From positions 122,512,001 through 122,576,000 of the forward strand of contig OZ024745.1 of assembly GCA_964016885.1 (NCBI GenBank): 64,000 bases of DNA. The letters run 5' to 3'. A model generated the notes under the pieces. It saw only the letters and a list, made by a program, of their open reading frames with translations, was not told where the DNA came from and made no database searches. Below, one piece after another: positions 54,403-64,000 of the stretch. This DNA comes from Eledone cirrhosa (taxonomy: Eukaryota). Each line of letters opens with the position of its first letter. Within the stretch, counting starts at the first letter, position 1. A program made the position numbers and the translations under genes.

Positions 54403-54692
54403 ATTATATGTATGTATACAGATCGAACCTTGAGCTGATCAATAGCAAAACACGCGTCACCAATCAATAGATGTAATGAAGGCTTAACAAATCCTCCTTG
54501 TATTATTATTATTATTATTATAATATATATATATATATACACACACACACATGTATATATATATGTATGTATACACACATGTATATATAGATATACATGT
54601 ATAAATAGATATACATATGTATATATTGATATACATACGTATATATTGATATACATGTATATATAGATATACATACATATATATATATATAT

Positions 54693-54928
54693 ATTATTAG
54701 AAATGTAAGTTATCGCCGTATTTTGACTAAAGAAATTAAAGAAATTATTTAGCCTGATAGTGGGGTTAAGAAACTTTGGAGAAATGGAAAAAGATGAGTA
54801 TTGACGTACATGTACGTCAATACTCATCTTTTTCCATTTCTCCGAGCGTTCTTAACCCCACTATCAGGCTAAATAATTTCTTTAATTTCTTTAGTCAAAA
54901 TACGGCGATAACTTACATTTCTAATAAT
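54693..54928. repeat. Spacer-less palindrome, 118-bp arms
   Basis: Centre between 54810 and 54811 (GACGTACA|TGTACGTC); 4 clustered mismatches. Confidence 0.95.
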
Positions 54929-54966
54929 TTCAAAACCACTCGCTGTTTCGAAAATATTCTTACTTG

Positions 54967-55056
<90 letters not shown>

Positions 55057-56700
55057 ACCCACATGTACATATATATATATATATATATATGTATATACAT
55101 ACATATATATGTATGTGTACAATTATCTGTGTGCATATATATATAAGTAATTCAAAATGTATAAAATACATGTAACACTGTGTGCACATATATGCATGCA
55201 TATAAATTTTATATGTATGCATATGAACTAAACTAAGTTAGGAACAAATATGAAGTTGGAAGGTAACATAAATCAGGGGAAAATTCAAACAAAAATTAAG
55301 ACTGTGTTGAGTATCTACCAAAAGCTATGTCATTAAACACCACCAATAAAAATAATAAACTTTTGGCATAACATTGAGACATATAAAGCGGTCTACAAAT
55401 AACTCAGACTAAACGATGTGTGTTCATAGGTATTATGGTTATGAGAACAATTCTGACTACTCACAAATGTTGTTGTACTCACATAAAATACTGACACTAT
55501 AACTTACTCTCAGTAATAAAACATACTCACTCTATATTTGTCTAAGAATTGTCCTTTCAAATGCTTACTTGAGTTCTACAAGAAATTCAAAAGAAAGCTG
55601 AGTCTGACAAAATATTAGTTGTTTTTTTTTTGTTTTTTTTCCAGTCTTTTTTTCTTTTACTTGGCTTTTCTTTCAAGATTGAGAAATGACACTGAATTTT
55701 CAAGATCATTTGGTACCTCGTTTTCACAAAGACTTGTTTTGTAATAACTACAATATTCTTGAAAATAGAAAACACTTGAAGGCTTGGATAAATTGGTGAA
55801 AAGCTCAGCTTCAATTTTTAAAACGTTTATGAATCATTAAGGAATAATATAATGGTGGTGGTGGTTGCGGTGGAGAGGAGGAGACATTTTGTTTTTTTTA
55901 AATATTTTTCAGATTCAGTGAAAAAAACACAGTGAACACATAGCAGAAAAGAACACTTCCATAAGTGACAAGTACGACATTAAAAATTGGTTTCACGTTG
56001 TATATTTTGATTCTCACATTCAATTTCTGCTGATAGAAGAAATCAATTAAATATGTTCACATTTAGATTTCATAAATATATTATTTTTATTCAAAAGAAC
56101 AGAAAATGAAAATAAAATATCTTCTTTATCATTATCATCATTTCCATTGTGTTTATCATCATATTAATTTGTTTTTCATACAAGTATGCTTTAGATGGAT
56201 TTGTAATTCAGCACACCTCGATTAAATTCAATATAGTATCATCACTTTTAGTCGCATATAAAACCACAAGATTTATTTGTCTATACCTTTACACTATTCG
56301 CTCTCCATTACAAACTCAAGAGGCTTCCACAATTAATGAAAGACTGACAGTTACAACTAATTAATTGCTAGCTTGGTTTTAAGATATTTCAAAAATGTTG
56401 AAGAAAGAATAGCTGTAACCATTGGCCACAAAAACAACTAGTTACAAATTGTTTCCATCTTTTTAATTAATTGAATAAATATAAAATATGACATCACCAT
56501 TGATCTAGATTAACCATTCTACAGTTTTGATCTATTTATCATTTTACTATTAGATTCCAATTTGACAAATAGACAACAAACAGACACTAAACCAGTGTTC
56601 CCAACCTTTTGTGCACCATATCCCACCTCAACATTTCAAAAATTGTTATCTCCCTCTCTGACATGAAAACAACAATGATCAAATGCAGAGTGTAAACAAA

Positions 56701-56935
56701 TTGGTGTAGGTGGTGTCAGATCTACAATAACATATGGGGGAGGTGAGACAGGAGTTTCTGACAGTAATATGTACTAACATTGCCTTGGTGTAGGTGGTGT
56801 CAGATCTACAATAACATATGGGGGAGGTGAGACAGGAGTTTCTGACAGTAATATGTACTAACGTTGCCTTGGTGTAGGTGGTGTCAGATCTACAATAACA
56901 TATGGAGGAGGTGAGACAGGAGTTTCTGACAGTAA
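56701..56935. repeat. 84-bp tandem repeat, 2.8 copies, interrupted by a Helitron
   Basis: Units start at 56701, 56785 and 56869. Confidence 0.92.
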
Positions 56936-57163
56936 TCTATATATCTAAAACAGAGAATGGCTGTCTGTCTCTCTGTCTGTCTGACTCCCTAAAACTCGAG
57001 AACCACCCAACGGATTGTTTTCAAACTTTACACATGTAATACTTATGGTCGTGTGAGTGTTTTGACAAAAATATTTCAAATTTTCAATGCTATAACGTTG
57101 CGCCCTTATAATATCTGTCTGTATGTCTGGCTGTCTGCATTACGGCATTATGATGTCGCTATC

Positions 57164-57197
<34 letters not shown>

Positions 57198-57960
57198 TAT
57201 ATAGTGTGTGTATGTATATATAGTGTGTAACGTTTTTCGAAATATTTACTTCTGTGTTCACATTATTTCAGAAGATCTCGTTAAGGGTGAAAGCAGTGAT
57301 TCTTTGCTTAAACTTTAATCTGTTATTTTAATATATATATATATATTCGTGTACAGATATTTTTGCATACACAATAACAAAATATAAACAAATGTATTTA
57401 TTTCACGAGGCTCGATAAGGATAAATATAAACCAAATATATAAGAACCCTAGAGCAAATATTGTTCGGAAATCACATGCCTACACAAAAACAAAATATAA
57501 ACAAATAAGGCCAGCAATTACATAGTCAATGGTTCGGAAATCACATGCATCACTGATGAGTTTACTCCTTACTCTACCAGTTAGTCTTAGTGTACTTCAT
57601 CCTGCTTTTAGGTCGTGCCTCGAAGGAAGAGATATTCCATTGTCCGAAATACTGCGAAAGCGGCAAGAAAAAGGAGGTGCTACAATCATTTTTTAGGTAG
57701 ACGAGGCAGAAGGGGATATACACAATTGGCTGAAGAAGGACGAGACTGTGTTAGTAGTACGACCAATGGCTGCTATCACACCAACAGCAACAAAAAAGAG
57801 AGGGAACGCAATTACATGCTTTTGAAAAATCATAATGGAAAATTATTTGCCTATTCACCCAAGGTGACTTCACTTTTTATTAGGACTTCTGCATCAATTG
57901 GTAAACATACGACGAAACAGTGAAAGGAGTAAGACAACACCACCCTCCACCACTGCAGTC
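56936..57960 (+). mobile_element. 5' part of a Helitron related to 5866-6753, with a decayed ORF start
   Basis: A|TC start, about 220 bp homologous to the 5866 element; ORF 57615..57923 (MPRRKR..., FAYSPK...SIG) resembles Helitron RepHel N-termini; no 3' CTAG terminus found. Confidence 0.7.
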
Positions 57961-58185
57961 CCACATGTTTACTGCTCTGTAACTATTGCTTTCATTGTAC
58001 CATAGCACAACAAATACATGTTTGGTTTGTTGAATGCCTTTTTACTTAACCCTATTGTCTTGGCTTTCGTGGGTTGAACATTTTACTCTCAGGCACCCAA
58101 TTAAGTTAAACCCCTGGTAATCTACGACAAATTTTTTTCATAAGCACAAAATGTAGACACCATCCCTAGGCCATTCAGGAAACCA

Positions 58186-61010
58186 TTCAGGAAACCAAGA
58201 TAATGTAGTTGGGTTACTTCAGGAAACCAAGATAATATAGTTTTGTTACTTCAGGAAACCAAGATAATACAGTTTGGTTATTTCAGTAAACCAATATAAT
58301 ATAGTGTAGCTACTTCAGGAAACCAATATAATATAGTGTAGCTACTTCAGGAAACCAAGATAATATAGTGTAGCTACTTCAGGAAACCAAGATAATATAG
58401 TGTAGCTACTTCAGGAAACCAAGATAATACAGTTTGGTTATTTCAGTAAACCAATATAATATAGTGTAGCTACTTCAATAAACCAAGATAATATAGTGTA
58501 GCTACTTCAGGAAACCAAGATAATATAGTGTAGCTACTTCAGGAAACCAAGATAATATAGTTTGGTTACTTCAGGAAACCAAGATAATATAGTTTGGTTA
58601 TTTCAGGAAACCAAGATAATATAGTTTGGTTATTTCAGGAAACCAAGATAATATAGTGTAGCTACTTCAGGAAACCAAGATAATATAGTTTGGTTACTTC
58701 AGGAAACCAAGATAATATAGTTTGGTTATTTCAGGAAACCAAGATAATATAGTGTAGCTACTTCAGGAAACCAAGATAATATAGTGTAGCTACTTCAGGA
58801 AACCAAGATAATATAGTGTAGCTACTTCAGGAAACCAAAATAATATAGTGTGGCTACTTCAGGAAACCAAGATGATATAGTATAGTTACTTCAGGAAACC
58901 AAGATAATATAGTATAGCTACTTCAGGAAACCAAGATGATATAGTATAGTTACTTTATGAAACCAAGATGATATAGTATAGCTACTTCAGGAAACCAAGA
59001 TAATATAGTATAGCTACTTCAGGAAACCAAAATAATATAGTGTGGCTACTTCAGGAAACCAAGATGATATAGTATAGTTTCTTTATGAAACCAAGATGAT
59101 ATAGTATAGCTACTTCGGGAAACCAAGATAATATAGTATAGCTACTTCAGGAAACCAAAATAATATAATTTGGTTATTTCAGGAAACCAAGATAATATAG
59201 TTTGGTTATTTCAGGAAACCAAGATAATATAGTGTAGCTACTTCAGGAAACCAAGATAATATAGTTTGGTTACTTCAGGAAACCAAGATAATATAGTTTG
59301 GTTATTTCAGGAAACCAAGATAATATAGTGTAGCTACTTCAGGAAACCAAGATAATATAGTGTAGCTACTTCAGGAAACCAAGATAATATAGTTTGGTTA
59401 CTTCAGGAAACCAAGATAATATAGTTTGGTTATTTCAGGAAACCAAGATAATATAGTGTAGCTACTTCAGGAAACCAAGATAATATAGTGTAGCTACTTC
59501 AGGAAACCAAAATAATATAGTGTGGCTACTTCAGGAAACCAAGATAATATAGTGTGGCTACTTCAGGAAACCAAGATGATATAGTATAGTTACTTCAGGA
59601 AACCAAGATAATATAGTATAGCTACTTCAGGAAACCAAGATGATATAGTATAGTTACTTTATGAAACCAAGATGATATAGTATAGCTACTTCAGGAAACC
59701 AAGATAATATAGTATAGCTACTTCAGGAAACCAAAATAATATAGTGTGGCTACTTCAGGAAACCAAGATGATATAGTATAGTTACTTTATGAAACCAAGA
59801 TGATATAGTATAGCTACTTCGGGAAACCAAGATAATATAGTATAGCTACTTCAGGAAACCAAAATAATATAGTATAGCTACTTCAGGAAACCAAGATGAT
59901 ATAGTATAGCTACTTCAGTAAACCAAGATAATATAGTATAGCTACTTCAGGAAACCAAAATAATATAGTATAGCTACTTCAGGAAACCAAGATGACATAG
60001 TATAGCTACTTCAGTAAACCAAGATAATATAGTATAGCTACTTCAGGAAACCAAGATGATATAGTATAGCTACTTCAGGAAACCAAGATTATATAGTATA
60101 GCTACTTCAGGAAACCAAGATGATATAGTATAGTTACTTCAGGAAACCAAGATAATATAGTATAGCTACTTCAGGAAACCAAGATGATATAGTATAGTTA
60201 CTTCAGGAAACCAAGATAATATAGTATAGCTACTTCAGGAAACCAAGATTATATTGTATAGCTACTTCAGGAAACCAAGATAATATAGTATAGTTACTTC
60301 AGTAAACCAAGATTATATAGTATAGCTACTTCAGGAAACCAAGATAATATAGTATAGTTACTTCAGTAAACCAAGATAATATAGTATAGCTACTTCAGGA
60401 AACCAAGATGATATAGTATAGTTACTTCAGGAAACCAAGATAATATAGTATAGCTACTTCAGGAAACCAAGATAATATAGTATAGTTACTTCAGGAAACC
60501 AAGATAATATAGTATAGTTACTTCAGGAAACCAAGATTATATAGTATAGCTACTTCAGGAAACCAAGATGATATAGTATAGCTACTTCAGGAAACCAAGA
60601 TGATATAGTATAGCTACTTCAGGAAACCAAGATAATATAGTATAGTTACTTCAGGAAACCAAGATTATATAGTATAGCTACTTCAGGAAACCAAGATAAT
60701 ATAGTATAGTTACTTCAGTAAACCAAGATAATATAGTATAGCTACTTCAGGAAACCAAGATGATATAGTATAGCTACTTCAGGAAACCAAGATTATATAG
60801 TATAGCTACTTCAGGAAACCAAGATAATATAGTATAGCTACTTCAGGAAACCAAGATGATATAGTATAGCTACTTCAGGAAACCAAGATTATATAGTATA
60901 GCTACTTCAGGAAACCAAGATTATATAGTATAGCTACTTCAGGAAACCAAGATTATATAGTATAGTTACTTCAGGAAACCAAGATTATATAGTATAGCTA
61001 CTTCAGTAAA
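58186..61010. repeat. 32-bp minisatellite, about 88 copies
   Basis: Unit GCTACTTCAGGAAACCAAGATAATATAGT(G/A)TA; consecutive starts at 58501 and 58533. Confidence 0.97.
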
Positions 61011-61330
61011 TCATGACACTTCTCAAACATATGCCTTTCCTGTCAGTTTCAGTAACACATTCCTCCTGATTAACACACCACTTAGTTCCTGGGCATTCTT
61101 TCATGTACATTTCGCTCTAAACATTGTCACAGTCTGATCTACCCTTTCCATTCAACATGTCTCCAAAGAAACAAAAAGTTTTTGCATCTTCCATCTTCAT
61201 ACTATTTCCAAGATCCAGTATGGTTATTTTAATAAAAGATAATGTGGTATGATTAATCCATTAAAAGAGAAATACATTATATCTAATTCAGTGAGAATTC
61301 ATTCACTTGATCTCAACAAGTCTTGCACAA

Positions 61331-61384
<54 letters not shown>

Positions 61385-61387
<3 letters not shown>

Positions 61388-61771
61388 TGTATCTCCGACA
61401 TTTGCAGTCCCAGTGTTTGCCATCCCAACATTCGTGGTCCCAGTTATTCACCAAATTTTCCTCAGAACCTAACTAATAATTGTTCCTGGAAACAGCCGCA
61501 TATTCGCAGAATCGTAAATATTTTCCATGATTTTTTAATGGCTTTTGTCATGGCAATATATTTTTTTTAACACTAAATTATTAATAACAATATACTGTAT
61601 TTGCTGGCCTATTGGATGCCCCTTCATATAAGACACTCCCTCTTTTTTTATTATATTTTACCTTATATTTTGATGTTTATAGGAATGTTTATGGATCACG
61701 TCCAATATTCAGTTTTTCACTCTTCATGTGTACTCTAGGAATGTAACCCCTGCAAATACCAGGGTCAACTG
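61385..61771. mobile_element. Tigger/pogo-like MITE
   Basis: TA|CAGT...ACTG|TA with imperfect TIRs CAGTGTATCTCCGACATTTGCAG / CAGTTGACCCTGGTATTTGCAG. Confidence 0.6.
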
Positions 61772-62669
61772 TATATCATCTGTTTTTGAAGAAATTAAAA
61801 TTAATTTCCTGATCTTTCTTTTTCAGTTTTATTTTTGTTAACTTTCCATCCTTCAAATTTCACAGGTCAGAATTAGGGGATAGCTAATATCTAAAAGACA
61901 TGTATTTTTCATAGCAGCTGCTGGGCCACTTTCTTCCATCCATAATGGTATTTTAACCGATTTTATAAGCCATTATGTATAGTAACTGACTGTATTTACA
62001 GTTATTTCTGCATTTGAGTACCTTCATTTTCTTAGAACTTCATAACTCCTCAACCCTAAAACATTGCCTCAAAAAGAACCTTAAGATGAGTATAAATTTT
62101 GTCATGGGGCCAGCAAGGCTAACTCCTGATTTGGTAGGGAAAATAGCCTTAAAATACCTGCAGCATAATATAATATTCTCTATAATATATATACAGAAAC
62201 TGTAGTCAAACATTACACAAAGTTTGATATATTTGAATTATTTTGTGACAAGTGTCTTGCTCACACAAAACTGTTTTTAGCTTGGGTTCTACAGCTGGAT
62301 GCCCTTCCTAACACCATTGTTCTGTAATTGGGATGGAGATGGACATCTGCAAAACTGACCTCTGTTAGTTGGACTGGCTTTTTCAGTACATCTCCCTTGC
62401 TATCTTCCAGTGTAATGAAGTAGCAATTCTCACTGATGTGACCATGAAGCAACATCTGTTTGATGTTTTGCAAAGGACATATATATTTTCTTTGTGTCAT
62501 ATATAAACAGCAGTATACAACACAGTCCAACATAATGGCTGTTTGAAGATTTGCTCTAGTCACCATATGGTATTAATTCAGTACCTCAAATATACAACAA
62601 TCTATCTCTCAAATATATTGATTTGTAAGTAAAATCAATGAAATAGTTTGTGAGTTATTTTAGAATGTA

Positions 62670-63640
62670 ATAATAGTTTCTGACATAGGCACAATGCCAG
62701 AATTATTTGTAGGAAGGGGAAAGTCGATTATATTGAACACAGTATTTGACTGGTACTTTATTAACACCAGAAGGATGACAAGTAAAGTTGACTTCAGCCA
62801 GATTTGAACTGGAATGTAGAGTGTCTTAACATAATACTGCAATGTATTTCATCCAATGAACTAACACGTCTGTCCTTCTTTTGAATGTAATAATTGTTTC
62901 TACTTTTGGCACAAGGCCAGCAATTACTCAGTACATTACTGGTACTTTATTTTATCGACCCCGTAAGGATAAAAGGCAAAGTTAACCTCGACGGGATTTG
63001 AACTCAGACCGTAAAGGGACGTAACTATGCTGGAAAGCATGGCGTCCGTCCCTCTACTGATACTGCCAATTCACCGCATGATGGCTTCTGATTTAGGCAC
63101 GAGGCCAACAATTTTGGGGAGGGGGAAAGTCAATTAAATCAACTCCAGTGCATTGCTGTTACTTCATTTTATCGACTCTGTAAGGATGAAAAACAAAGCT
63201 AACTTTGGCGGGGTTTGAACTCAGAATGTAAAGGGACCTAATTATATGCTGCAAAGCATGGTGTCTGATGCTCTACTGATACTCTCAACCCACCACCCTT
63301 TGTGTAAAAATATAATGATAATGGTTTCTGATTTAGGCACAAGGCTAACAATTTTGGGGGTTGGGGAAAGTCGATCATATCGACCCCAGTACATTACTGG
63401 TGCTTTATTTTATCGACACTGTAAGGATGAAAGGCAAAGTTAACCTCGGTGGGATTTGAACTCACAATGTAAACGTCTGTAACTATATGTAATAATGTCC
63501 TAATAATTGTTTCTACTTTAGGCACTAGGCCAGCAATTTGAAGGGGAGGGGAGGGGAAAGTCGATTAAATCGACCCCAATGTGTTACTGGTACTTTATTT
63601 TATTGACTGCCATAAGGATGAAAGGCAAAGCTAATCTTGG
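62670..63640 (-). mobile_element. Cluster of five head-to-tail family A SINEs
   Basis: Five consecutive copies of the ggcacaaggcc...aaggatgaaaggcaaag body in the same orientation. Confidence 0.85.
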
Positions 63641-63669
63641 CAGGGAAACACCTTCTCTATTCTGTCCGC

Positions 63670-63723
63670 CAGGGCCGTGGGGTGGCCAGGGCCGTGGGGT
63701 GGCCAGGGCCGTGGGGTGGCCAG
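63670..63723. repeat. 17-bp GC-rich tandem repeat x3 within a CRE-like 3' end
   Basis: CCAGGGCCGTGGGGTGG repeated three times. Confidence 0.85.
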
Positions 63724-64000
63724 CACGTGGGACCCCATTTGCTCATAATAGTAGGAGCAGATTGTGAGGGAGTAAAGTGGACCTGTTGCCATACTTTGTG
63801 TTTTATGGGCCATGTAAACTTCCATTTATACCAGGACAGATAAAAGACAAGGTTCACATTCACACTCACATACTCTTAAACAAGAGATTCAACTCTATGC
63901 TGCAAAGCATGGTGTCCGAAGCTTTATCAGTACAGCCAATTTCTTATAATGGTACAAGGTGACCAGATGTTATGGAAGGAGAGAAGTTAATTGAATTAAC

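Noticed and set aside
58186-61010. 32-bp array as a CRISPR or ncRNA cluster
   Set aside because: No spacers; head-to-tail units with point variants only.
62261-62566. 101-aa minus-strand ORF as a host gene
   Set aside because: Appears to be a decayed LINE 3' fragment fused to a SINE tail (GGAAGGGCATCCAGCTGTAGAA); no splice or domain support.
43526-64000. Next upstream RasGRF exon (expected RxCFLF-type PH2 motif)
   Set aside because: No convincing match by eye; candidate donors near 47960, 55565 and 56285 give stops or unrelated peptides. The exon is probably beyond the window.

Overview
AT-rich eukaryotic genomic DNA. The SINE repertoire and dense (TA)n tracts suggest a coleoid cephalopod, probably an octopod (inference). 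The only protein-coding gene I can support is the middle of a RasGRF1/2-like Ras/Rac guanine-nucleotide exchange factor on the minus strand. It has 11 GT-AG exons from 43525 down to 195 that splice in frame to 753 codons, covering the second PH domain, a split REM domain with a large S/P/T-rich insert, and the linker before the CDC25 domain. Both ends of the gene lie outside the window. The introns are full of mobile-element remnants: two tRNA-derived SINE families, TTAA/piggyBac-type MITEs, Helitrons, a solo LTR, RTE/CR1/CRE LINE fragments and two large minisatellites (29-bp and 32-bp units). The most notable signal is a set of short, mutually dissimilar elements embedded in (TA)n tracts. Most have a 5' fold-back inversion, several carry a hammerhead-ribozyme motif (one complete), and they share a covarying bulged RNA hairpin (YRCUC...GAGYR-CU) near the 3' end. 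They look like Penelope-like pseudo-LTR or retrozyme remnants with a shared structural signal. All calls are from reading the sequence by eye; no database search or folding program was run.
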